From positions 128,078 to 192,077 of the forward strand of contig MNCI01002737.1 of NCBI GenBank assembly GCA_015680685.1: a DNA stretch of 64,000 bases, in the 5' to 3' direction. Made by a program: the position numbers and the translations under genes. This document shows positions 52,548-64,000 of this stretch, in pieces. Below the pieces are notes generated by a model that searched no databases, was not told where the DNA came from, and was given only the letters and a program-made list of their open reading frames with translations. How positions within the stretch are numbered: position 1 is the first letter of the stretch; every line of letters begins with the position of its first letter. Origin of the DNA: Gnetum montanum. Lineage: Eukaryota > Plantae > Gnetophyta.

Positions 52548-53200
52548 AAGGTACACCCCAATATATATAGTCCAATTACAAATTTATAACTCAACATTGT
52601 CCACCAAAATTGAACCCATGACTTGGAGCTTCCAAATTAAGGGTCTCACCACTATGCTAGTCTAACACCCCATGTGAACAAATCAATTATTCTCCTCCTT
52701 TTATCTATTGAGGTATACTTATAGTTGTCTTACCATAAGGCTAACGCCCCATATGAAAAAATCAATTCTCCTCTTCCTTTTATTTCCTAAGGTACACTTG
52801 TAGTCAAATTTTGTTGGGGTATTGGAACTTGAAATAAGTGAAACATAGAGATACACCCTAAGATATATAGTCCAATTAAAACTTTATATAACTTAAGATT
52901 GCTCACTAGAATTGAACGGATGGCCTAGAGCCTCCAAATCAAGTGCCTAATTGCTAGGTTAACACCTCATTGTTATAGTTAAATTCTTTTGGGTTCCATG
53001 TCTTGGAGTGTACATTTACCCAAATTATTTTGGCTCTTAATAATGAGGTGTTGGTCTAGTGGTAAGACTATTGATTTGGAAATTATTTTGGCTCTTATAA
53101 ACTATTGTTGAGTTATAACATTATAAAACTTTTGATTTAGAAGTTCCAAGTTATAGATTCCATTCTTATATACAATACTAAGATATAAAGTTATAAGACT
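52548..53200. mobile_element. Cluster of degenerate tRNA-derived SINE-like copies (two on minus, one on plus)
   Basis: Related copies at about 52548-52670 and 52850-52972, plus an inverted copy from 53043. Minus strand of copy 1 shows A-box-like TAGCATAGTGG and B-box-like GGTTCAAT at tRNA-like spacing. Confidence 0.5.
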
Positions 53201-54161
53201 TTTGATTTAGAAGTCACAAATTATAGAGAATGCTGAATTATAAAATTTTAGTTTGACTATGTCTCAAAAATCGTGAAATTTTCTTTCTTCCCTCTCTTTT
53301 TAAGACAAGGGAATTGTGGGTTCAAGTGAAATTGACGGTTAATTAATGCTCTGGGAAGATGGAACAAATGCAGGACCAGCGGATGGCATTTCCTTAAAAC
53401 AGCATCACAAACACTGCTTGCAGGGATTGCAGGGATTGCAGGGATCGCGTTTTTTGGATTGAGGTACGTTACAGTGTTGTTTGCATCTATTGTTTTCCTT
53501 CGATTCCTTCAATTCTCTGCCCTAAAGTTAGCCAACCCTGTTCTTTTTCCATTTTGCTTGTTCTTTTTTCGGTTTTGCATTTCTGTTGAAAGTTTCACTT
53601 GAACATTCGTCGGCGATTCCAAGGCAGAGCTCGATCTGTTTCAGAGAACCCTGAGTACGAACTTATACTCGTTTATTGCCTTTTCACAGGCTAGTGTTTC
53701 TGATGTGTTTTTGAAACGTATTGCAATTCCATTAAATACGCGTATTTATAGTCCATTTCATTGATAAGGAGTTTCTAGATTCTTCTTTGTTCTTGTGATC
53801 CAAGACGAACGTGTGACGCTATTGTTCTGGATCTGTTTTCGAAACGTAGTTCGATTTCATTGAATACGCGTATTTCATGGAGTTTCTAGATTTTCTTTGT
53901 CAAGTTCTTTGTTATTTTTCCTAGGATGTTGTGTGATTTTCTGGCTTTTCTCAGTATCGAAGATCAAGGTGTTTTTCTTAGCAGTATTTTATCTGTAGAG
54001 ATTTGGAAGTTAAGACTCGGTAATTCATCACGATGAGCACTGGTTTCTATTTTTCCTCTGGAATTTAGGGTTTTATCATTGCTTTTCCTTCTTTCTCCCC
54101 TGTGTTTTGTTCATCTGGTGTTGTATTTGATACGTGATTGTTTGATAGTCTTACTTTGAAA

Positions 54162-54345
54162 ATGTCGAGAGGGGATGCTGCTCCGAGAGGTAGTGCTGCG
54201 GCTGCTGCAGTGTTGAGGAGAAGGCGATCAACAGGAGGAGGAGGCTATGCAAATGGTTCTCGTTATGAGCCTTGGCTTAATTGGATTTGTAACCACTCTC
54301 CATGTTGTGGGCAAACTATACCAGTACAGGAGTGGTGGTGCATAA
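54162..54345 (+). pseudogene. SEC61B: Sec61 translocon beta subunit, internally deleted and frameshifted; upstream 5' UTR intron about 53464-54148
   Basis: N-terminus MSRGDAAPRGSAAAAAVLRRRRSTGGGG and, in the +1 frame, MVLVMSLGLIGFVTTLHVVGKLYQYRSGGA* match plant Sec61-beta. The conserved MLQFYTDDAPGLKISP block is missing; span of 184 nt is not a multiple of 3. Confidence 0.88.
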
Positions 54346-54492
54346 TGCTAAACAAATGATTTGCTTTCCACTTCTTGCAGTCTGATTGATTGACTTCAGT
54401 GTGTCTCCTGTGTCTCCTTAACACTTTGATAAAGAAAAAGGAAAAAATAATCAGAAAAGAAAAGCCATTAATGAGTTTTTAGAAGCAGTGTT

Positions 54493-57400
54493 TGTTATAA
54501 TCAGATCTAAAAACAATTAGATCTGAAAATACACTACAAATGCTCTAGAGAAATTATTAAAACCCTACAGATTTGAATAAATCATTAGAGGCAAAATATT
54601 GCGCTGTAGCTGGTAAAGAAACACTATAAATCAGTCTCAAAATGTTCTAAACTCTAGCAAACATTTGCTTTGATAACAAAATGAAAGCAGAGTAAAACAG
54701 GAAAAATAGCACAAGAACACAGAGAGTTATGTGATTCGGGCTCTTTTTACCTTACTTCCACAACAATGCCGATCTGCCTTCTATTCTTCTCAAATCTTCA
54801 AAACACAAGCCACAAGCTGTCTTTGTAACTTTTCAAACACTCAATTTGTTATTCCAACAGATCTCAGATCAACACCAACAAGATTCACATCTTCAAAATA
54901 AAACCTTGATACAATGCTTTTAATTTAAAGCATACACAAAAGGCTAGTCCAAGCCTTCTATTTATGAAGAAACACAAGGACCAAACCTCAATTCTAATAC
55001 ATGTGGGATAAAACACCAAGTCTCCTATTTATGAGGAAACATGAGGACCAAATCCCAATCCTAATACATGTGGATAAAACACATCCTTACATCAAATGCA
55101 ACATAAAAGGAAATACAATAATTAATGTATTTGTCTTCATTTTTCCAACAAACGCTCCCTTGAAGATAAATCCAACCAACCTTTAAGAGATGTGCATTTC
55201 TGATTAAGCTTTGGTTATCCCAAGCTTTTTCCTACAGAAAATGTATTTTTCAGCTATCATTGGTTTTGTTAAAGTATCAACAACGTTGAGCTTTGTATGA
55301 ACCTTTTGAACATGCACCAAGCCATCCTCTATGATTTACCTTATGAAGTGAAATCAAACATCTATATGTTTTGTCCTGGCATGAAAGGCAGAATTTTTTG
55401 CAAGATGGATTGCACTCAAACTATCACAAAACACAACATACCTTTGTTGTTTTAATTCAAGAGACCACAAAAATCTCTTCATCCATAACATCTCCTTGCA
55501 TACTTCTATGAGAGCTACGTACTCTGATTCAATTGTAAATAAAGTTACTAGTGGTTGTAGATGTGACAACCAACTCACTGCTGCACCACCAAAAATAAAT
55601 GTGTACCATGTAGAAGATCGTCTTGTATCATGATCAGCAGCAAAGTTTGCATCTACAAAATCTTCAATATGCAGATTAGCATCTCCAAAACATAAGCAAT
55701 GCACTTTTGTGCCTTTTAAATATTTTAAAATCCATTTGACAGCTAATTAGTGATTCCACCCATAGTTGGTCATAAATCTACTAACTACTCCAATAGCATA
55801 AGCAATATCAGAATGTGTACAAACCATGGCATACATCAATGACCCAACAACAAAAGTATATGGGATATTTTTAACCTTTTCAAAATCCTCTTTTGGCTTT
55901 GAACAATCTTTCTTTGATAAATTAAATTGTGCTGAAAAAGGTGTACTTACAGGTTTTGCATCTTCCATGTTGAAACGCTTTAGAACCTTTTCAATGTAAT
56001 TTTTCTGACTCAACCACAACTTCATCCTTTTTCTGTAAATATTCATACCAAGAATTTTCTTTGCTTGTCCCAAATCCTTCATAACAAATTCTTTGCCCAT
56101 TTCCAATTTTTAATGTTTTATCTCTGCTATATCATTTCCAGCAATTAGCATATCATCAACATACAACAACAACACTGTAAATTTACCTGAAACATCTCCA
56201 AAAAAATACACAGTGGTCTAGGTTGTTAAGATAGCTTCTTCATGAAAGTATCAAGCCTTTTATACCACTGCCTAGGGGCTTGTTTCAAACCATATAAACT
56301 CTTTTTCAGTTTACAAACCAGACCTGAACATTGCTGTTCTTCATACCCTTCTAGTTGTTTCATGTAAATTTCTACCTCCAAATCTCCATGGAGGAATGTT
56401 GTTTTTATATCAAGTTGTTCCAACTCTAAGTCCATGCAGGCCACCAATGATAGCACTAAACGTATAGAAGAGTGTTTTACTACTGGAGAAAAAATTTCTT
56501 GAAAGTCAATATCTGGTTTCTATGCATAGCCTTTCACCACCAACCTAGCCTTGAAACGTTTTTCCCCATTTGCCTCTAATTTAATTNNNNNNNNNNNNNN
56601 NNNNNNNNNNNNNNNNNNNNNNNNNNNNNNNNNNNNNNNNNNNNNNNNNNNNNNNNNNNNNNNNNNNNNNNNNNNNNNNNNNNNNNNNNNNNNTGTAAAG
56701 TACATAATTCAATGAGGGAGAGTACCTGTCAAGAGGTCTGAAAGTTCTGGTTGACCTTTTAACCTAATAAGACACATTTGTAGTTTGTTGTTCATCATCT
56801 TCTACCTCATTTTCTTGATGTCCTGCATTTTCTCCTTGCTGTCCCAAGTTCTCAGCTTGATGCCATGTACTTTCAGCATGTTGTCCAAAGTTTCTAGATT
56901 TGGAAAATTCATGAATTTCATCATTTTCAATTTCTTTAATCACGTTAAAAGGAGTCCTTATGCTTTCTGAGCCATTTTTGTCCTTGTCTTTCTTTTGCAG
57001 CTCACTAAACATCACATTTTCTCTAAATTTAACGTCCTTTGATCTCACTACACATTTCAATTCAGGATCCCAAAGTCTGAATCCTAACTCATCTTCTCCA
57101 TATCCAACAAATATGCAACTTTTAGCCTTGTCCTCCAACTTAGTTCTGTTTTCCTTTGGAATATGCATAAATGTCTCACATCCAAAAACTCTTAAATGAC
57201 TATATGAAACGTTTTTACCTTTCCAAACAATTTCTGGAACAACATTATCAATTAAAGAATGTGGAGACCTGTTTACCAAATATGCAATAGTCATAACTGC
57301 CTTTTCCCAAAATGTCTTAGGTAGGCTTACACTTGAAACCATTGTTCTAGCACGATCTAGCAATGTTCTATTGCATCTTTCAGCAACTCCATTTTTCTGT

Positions 57401-59835
57401 GGTGTACTAGGAGAGGTACGAATGTGCCTAATTCCTTTGATGTTGCAAAAATCAACAAATACTTTAGAAGTGTATTCCTCACCATTATCAGTTTGCAAAC
57501 ATTTTATTTTCAGACCTGTTTCATTTTCTACTCTTGCAACAAATGTTTTGAAAACTGAAAACACTTCATCTTTTGATTTCAACATATAAACCCAAACCTT
57601 CCTTGTACAATCATCTATGAAAGTCACAAAATAAATAGAGCCACCAAGAGAAATGGAAGTCATAGGACCACAAATATCAGAATAAACCAATTCTAACTTT
57701 TTTTTTGCTATCCAAATCCCTACGAAATTTTACTCTCCTAGATTTTCCAACTAAATAGTCTTTGCAATCAATTTGAGCATAAGAAAACACAAGAATGCGA
57801 GTCTGATTTTGAAGTACCTTTAAGCTTGACCAGCCAATGTGTCCAAGATGTCTATGCCACACTTTAGAATTTTCTGTATCAGAAATTGTTGCAATAGAGT
57901 TGCATGAATCTGCCATCAATATAATATATAAGCTACCCTTCTTTCTTTTCAAAATGGTCATGATTTCCTTGGAAATCCTCCACTGTTCACCTCTACTACT
58001 AAAATTCAGACTTGAATCATCTAGTTGTGGAACTGAAATCAACTTCTTTGTAACTTCAGGAACATGTTTAACGTTATCTATTGTCACCTTTGGCATCCTT
58101 GCTTGTTGCAGACTTACATTTCTAATTCTAAGAACTTTTAAAGCTTTTCCATTAGCAACATATATAAAACTAGATTCAACTTTATGATAAGATGCAAAAT
58201 ATGACTTATTTGGACAAATATGAAAGGAGGCACCTGAGTCAATCAACCAAATGTCATTGCTACATCCATCTGCCACCATTGTACATTGTTCTTGAATCAG
58301 AAAACTAACATTTTTATTAGCTACATGTACCTCTGATGTTCCTTCTTCTGACTTTTTCTCCTTTCCTTTATTTTTCTGTGCTTTCCATGCAAAGTAATCC
58401 TTTTTCAAATGACCTTTCTTCTTGTAGTACCAACACTCTTGAATTTGAGTTTTGCTATGTGATACTCCTCTGTCCGTGCTTCTTCTTCTACTTGGGAAAT
58501 GTCTCCTACTTCTACGTCTTTCCTCTCCTACATGAACATTTCTAGATCTAGAAGACTCATCTACTCTTTCTTCTGAATCCTGAAGGGTAGATACAACCTG
58601 TTCAAATGTCATAGATGAAACATTCATAGAAGTAGTAATAGATGTCACAATTGCAGACCAGGAATCAGGTAAGGAGTCTAACAAAGCATAGGATTTAACT
58701 AAATCTGGAATAACAATTTTATATTCCTTCAACTTATTTAGATTTCTCATCATCTAATCCAAATGATCTTAAAAAGACACATTAGATCTCTTCTTGCATC
58801 TAAAAACTTTCTGATAAATGTAAAAGGTATTCAAACTTGATACTTTGTCAAACCTAGTCTTTAATGTTTGCCACAAATCATGCGGATCCATATCAGGTTT
58901 GATTGAGGCCAAAATCCCATTGCTTAGGGTTGGATGAATGAAAGATAATGCCCTAGTCTTAATTTCCTCCAATTAGCATTTGACATTTCTGCTGATTGAG
59001 AGGGTTCTAGGGCCTCTTGGCACTCCTTTTGTGCTAAAACAACATTCATCAAAATGCTCCAAATGTTTCAGTTCCTTCCTACCAATTTTTTTGTTGTTTG
59101 CAGCCTCTCCATCTCTTTAAATTTAGCTTCGATACTAGTTGTTATAATCAGATCTGAAAACAATTAGATCTGAAAATACATTACAAATGCTTTAAAGAAA
59201 TTATTAGAACCCTACAGATCTGAATAAATCATTAGAGGCAAAATATTGCACTATAAATCACTCTCAAAACGTTCTAAACTCTAGCAAACATTTGTTGTGA
59301 TAACAAAATGAAAGTAGAATAAAAATAATAAAAATAGCACAAGAACACAGAGAGTTATGTGGTTCGCGCCTTTTTTACCCCTACTTCCAAACAATGCTGA
59401 TTTGCCTTTTATCCTTCTCAAATCTTCAAGACAAGTCGTCCTTGTAACTTTTCAAACACCCAATCTGTTATTCCAACAGATCTCAGAGCAACACCAACAA
59501 GACTTACGTCTCCAAGTTTAAACCTTGATACAATGCTTTCACTTCAAAGCACACACAAAAGGCTACCCCAAGCTTTTTATTTATGAAAAAACATGAGAAC
59601 CAAATCCCAATCCTAATACATGTGGGATAAAACACCAAGCCTCCTATTTATGAGGAAACATGAGGACCAAACCCCAATCTCAATACATGTGGGATAAAAC
59701 AACAAGCCTCCTATTTATGAGGAAACATAAGGACCAAATCCCAATCCTAATACATATGGAATAAAACACATCCCCACATCAAATGCAACATAAAAGGAAA
59801 TACAACAATTAATGTATGTTTTCATTTTTTCAACA
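54493..59835 (-). mobile_element. Ty1/copia LTR retrotransposon with both LTRs, inserted about 150 bp downstream of the Sec61-beta stop codon
   Basis: LTRs 54493-55150 and 59140-59835 (TGTT...AACA); TSD GTGTT (54488-54492, 59836-59840); degenerate Met-type PBS TAGTATCGAAGC; internal N gap 56587-56693. Confidence 0.95.
55204..59112 (-). pseudogene. Copia gag-pol (gag, protease, integrase, RT, RNase H), disrupted
   Basis: WLIDSGASFH; WHRHLGH; VYSDICGP...YFVTFIDD...QTDNGEEY...PQKNGVAERCNRTL; FKARLVVKG; LKKSLYGLKQAPRQW; FCDSLSAIHLAKNSAFHARTKHIDV. Confidence 0.95.
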
Positions 59836-60059
59836 GTGTTGCCATTTAACCTATTTAACTTGTTTAATGCTCTGTTTGTGAATAGTCACTGTGGGAACAT
59901 GTACAAGGCTTCGTAGTTATTACTTCATGCATATGCACAGGGGCTCCACTCCTTACTCATTGTCATAACACACCAGAATTTGTGGTATCGAACACATTCT
60001 TAGTTGCATCTGAGTTCCTTGAGATATGTTTCAATTGCTGCTTTAGTTTGTTTGGAAAT

Positions 60060-60199
60060 ATATGATAAGGAAAACTGTTGGAAATGCTTGTTTCGTCATT
60101 ATGGCCAATGCTGTTAATGATTAGTGGCGAGGCATATGATAGGAAATTGTTGAAAATGCTTGTTTTGTCATTATGGCAAATGCTATTAATGATCAGTGG
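60060..60199. repeat. Imperfect tandem duplication, period about 74 bp
   Basis: ATATGATA.GGAAA.TGTTG.AAATGCTTGTTT.GTCATTATGGC.AATGCT.TTAATGAT.AGTGG twice. Confidence 0.85.
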
Positions 60200-62250
60200 A
60201 GCAAAAGCTAATGGTCCTGGTTAATTCAGGAATTCATCACTATTGTAGCTTAACATGCCTAAAATCTTTTCCTCAAACCCAAACTCCCATTAGGGAAACA
60301 GGAATTATGATTGACAATAACGTTGGAGAATCATGACCAACAAGAAAGTTGGGTAATTTTTTGAGGAAGTAATAATTATTGTAATCTTATCATGTCTATG
60401 ATCTTGCTCAAACAATTGAATGTGGCTGGCAATAAGAGAATTCATGTAGCCAGCCAAGTAGCTGAACTAAGGTAATTATGGATGATGATCGAATGTATAG
60501 CTTTGTTTGGAGGTACTTTTATAATTAGTTATGATTCATTGTGTATGGATTGGGCTAAATTACTACTAGATGTGAACTTTATAACAACCATTCACCTTTT
60601 GGGGTCATCTTTTTTTGGGTTAAATCAATCCATATTATTATTATTATTATTATTTGCAGCTAGGATAGCTTGGGACCAGAAATGACAGCGTTTGGCAAAT
60701 TCAGAGGGGAATTATCTTACTCACATTAGTTTTGTCCTCCGTCGGTATTTATGCCCAGTAATAAATCATTTATCAATTTGATATTTTAGTAAACTCAAGG
60801 ATGGGCATCACTGTTTGCAATATTTATTATTAATCCTATCATGTCCAGTCTATCATGGACGTGGGGGCATAAGACTAGCATTCCACCAGGAGACAAATTA
60901 TTCAAAAATGCTGACCAACATGAGAGAAATTGGGTAGAAACGACTGCTGCAAGTGAGTTCTACGCAATTAACGATCGCGTGAAGTGCAACAAGACCAGTT
61001 TTTGAAATATGAAAATTCTTCCTCCAAGGTTTTGGTTGCAAACAAAACGATCGAACATAGATCAAACATGATATCCTTGAAACTGATTAGCGCGTGCTAT
61101 TTTTTGCGTTCAGCAGAGCAACCAGTGACGTTTTGGTGAGCAGTAATTGCTTCAACTTGTTTGTTGGCAGATATTAAAACAATGGTGACATAAGCGTGTT
61201 GCAGAACAACTTTTTGAACAACATGAAAATACATGCCGCTCAATAAGCTAATGATGAAGACATGCTTGTTTTTTAGGCTTTTAATGGAGGACTCTTCCTC
61301 TTTCCTATGATTCCAGTAAGATTACAGATACAATCAAACCTACAAAAGCCCAAAAACGTAATGCATGTATACATCACTAAGTCACCAACAACAACCTCAC
61401 TTTATATTTTTTCTTTTTTATCATCCTAGGTACGATTTTAATACATTATCAAATGAAAGAACAATGAAAAAATATTAAATAAAACCAAATAACAGTGGAA
61501 GAAAAAAAACAAAAAGCATCTTACAGATTCTCTTTTACGCTCTACCGTCTCACGCTCTGCTCCTTCACTATTACTTCTCTCCTACTCCTTCACTATCTGA
61601 CACTGCATTTTGAATCTCTCATAAAACAAATATAATGAATCATATCAAAACATCCATTAGCATTTTTTGGTAAAGAGCCATAAATAATTTTTATTTAAAA
61701 TTACTTTAAAAATAAAAATAAAAGATTAATTATTTATAATGATATAGTATATAAAATTAAATTAATGAAAAGACAAGCATCACCATGGCAACTGTTATGT
61801 TAATATCCAACGTAATATTGAACAATAAAGTTTCTTAATTGGGTTAACATATCTTTTAGAAGGTTAAAGGTTAAAATACCAGGTTGTAATAATGGTGATA
61901 ATACCTTAATCATTCATCCTTTCTTCACTCAACTCAACTAAAGTCAGATACGTGAATTGGCTGTTTAACTTTCGATAATAATCTATGTGAGAAAACAGTA
62001 TTTTCTTATTAGTGCAGTAAAAGCCATTGTCAAAAGAATAACAATATTCATGAATAATTGCTATTATGGACATGTATAAGAAAGAGAATGCTTTATCCAA
62101 TAACCAGAAGTTAACTAACGAATTGTGACATCATTGTTGGAAGAAGGTACTATGAAAACTCCATATCTTCTTACAAACAAATGCATGTATAAGTTAAGGA
62201 ATCAGGATATAGAAATTATGAAATTAAAGTTCCGGAACCGTTCAATTTTT

Positions 62251-62508
62251 GGCTCTGTATCGCAGACTACAGGTTTTGCACATGGAGCAATTCCTAGATT
62301 CTGAACATCCAGCAGTTCCTATGTTGTTTCATGACCCCCTTTGCGGCATTAGTTGCAGAAGAAGAGTTACGAAGAATAGTTCAGATAAACCCATTGCCAT
62401 TTTGTTGCTGCAGAAGGAAGAGTAATATCCATGGCCAAGAGAAACCGCTATTATAAATAGCTGTTAGATGGCCATAGTTCTTACTTTTCCTATTGCATCC
62501 AATGCCAG
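62251..62508 (+). pseudogene. Possible fragment of a leucine-carboxyl-methyltransferase-family (LCM/Ppm1-like) SAM methyltransferase
   Basis: With one frameshift it reads FLDSEHPAVPMLFHDP/FAALVAEEE...ISMAKRNRYYK*LLD, resembling the family N-terminal RxxE...LFxDPxA...AxRTRYxD pattern. Ends at a GTAAGT donor-like site. Confidence 0.4.
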
Positions 62509-63264
62509 TAAGTTTGTTTATTCCATCTCAATTTCATTTTTTCCAGAATGAAATTATGGCAAAACAGTCGTGTGGTCTTCTTCTCAGTAAGGGGAATGTA
62601 CACTAAGGTTGCTATTACTCCATGGGGAGGGTACCGCTGATATGGTACATTTATTTCAATGGCTGCTAAACGCTATATCGATTTCAATTTTTCACCTACT
62701 TAGGAAGCCAGCAATTTTCCAAAAGATCCTATGTTTTAGTTTACAACTCAAGTTCGAGGCATAGGTAGCTGCTAACAATTTCTTATAAATGTAGAGCTTT
62801 GCTCACTTCTCTATTTGAAAAAGCAAAATTTACTGTCAAGAATGTAAAATGTCCAGGGTATAAAATTATGAAGACGTAAAAAATTATACAATTCTCAATA
62901 TACAACCTGTGGATAGCTTATTTAACAAAATTATGATGATGTAAAAAGTTCTAAAAATAACATGAATTACAAAACGGCGGTAAAATTTATAGAAGAATTA
63001 TCATGATGAGATATTTTCGTAGTGGTTTTTGATTCTAATGTATTATGCTTCTCAAAATAAATGGCAAAGGAAGAACAAAACATTAAAGTGCCTTTCATAC
63101 TTCATGTACGACTTTATATGCAAGCTAGTGTTCTAGTTTTGGCCTCCACGCCTTGTTTCACTTTTGCCTAGGACTTCATCTCTTTGACTGTCCTGTCCAA
63201 TCTTACTAGCTGCCATAGTTTCTCCATTGCTGCATACAGCAAACTGCTACTCTACCTTTCATTG

Positions 63265-63317
63265 TTACCATTTTCTTTCCACAAAAACTGGAATTGTATG
63301 GCCCTGCTTCGCGTATC
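63265..63317 (-). other. Possible terminal coding exon of an unidentified gene extending beyond the window
   Basis: AAATGCAG acceptor, then (G)YAKQGHTIPVFVERKW*. Upstream minus-strand sequence is T-rich and intron-like with a GTAAGT donor near 63547. No family recognised. Confidence 0.25.
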
Positions 63318-63757
63318 CTGCATTTGTAGAAAGCCAGGACTTCAGATTAACAAAATAAAATATTGTAGCTTCTAATACAAAATTACAAAATATTGTAGCA
63401 GAAAATGCAGGAGGCAGAGACATGAGAATTGCCGTTTCTAAAAAGTGGACAGCGAACTTAAAATTTTAGAAAGTTGTCTAGCTCTTTTCATCTTTCTTTA
63501 AGTACGTTGTAGAAATTTATCTCAATCTTAACATAGGCCATACTTACCAGAAACAGGAAATGGGCAACGCAATCACAACAAAATTTATGTAATAAAATAA
63601 TTGTAAGTATATGATTTAACTATAATATAAAATTTTAATAAAAATTTAATCTACTGCAACAAAATACACCTTCAAAATTGTTCCTGAAAGATTAAAAATT
63701 TAGTAACTAAAATAGAGAAGCATAATACTTACAACTTGCAGCCCAAATTTCAGCGAA

Positions 63758-63825
63758 TCAGAAAAGCAATCAAGGTACTTAATGTAGATTCAGAAAAGCA
63801 ATCAAGGTACTTAATGTAGATTCAG
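63758..63825. repeat. Perfect 32-bp tandem duplication
   Basis: TCAGAAAAGCAATCAAGGTACTTAATGTAGAT twice. Confidence 0.9.
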
Positions 63826-64000
63826 ACAGGATTTAACCCACAAAAATCTTCAACAACAGTAAATGAGAAAACAACTGTGGAATATTGAAAATCTGAGGAA
63901 TAAAATAGGAAAACATTTGCAATGATCCTCATAGTCTAAACACATATTAATAATGTTTGCACAGTACCATCCTTTACATAAACTGAAATTCAAAGCTAAT

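Noticed and set aside
54138-54359. 73-aa ORF as an intact small protein
   Set aside because: It is the Sec61-beta N-terminus read through a frameshift into a non-native frame, and its listed start is a TTG inside the putative intron.

Overview
AT-rich, CpG-depleted, transposon-dominated plant genomic DNA. An EXLA-type expansin-like gene points to a seed plant, possibly a gymnosperm (inference only). I found no clearly intact host gene. Contents in order: (1) 5' part of a Tat/Ogre-type Ty3/gypsy element; (2) a decayed multi-exon gene with a telobox (TRF-type) Myb domain; (3) an old non-LTR element interrupted by a 6.1-kb L1 LINE with poly(A) tail and 16-bp TSD; (4) an EXLA pseudogene with a solo LTR in intron 4; (5) a Helitron-type PIF1 helicase remnant; (6) two TSD-bounded Athila-type gypsy elements, one lacking RT/RH/IN; (7) tRNA-derived SINE-like relics; (8) a frameshifted Sec61-beta gene with a Ty1/copia element just downstream of its stop codon; (9) a possible SAM-methyltransferase fragment. 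Most notable: the L1 LINE has a third ORF downstream of ORF2, and it aligns by eye with the accessory ORF3 of both Athila elements. In each Athila element, ORF3 appears to have its own TATA box and an intron abutting the ATG, and is preceded by the same family-specific CpG-rich palindromic motif cluster found in that family's LTR U3. This suggests a shared accessory, possibly anti-silencing, module. All alignments were done by eye; no searches were run.
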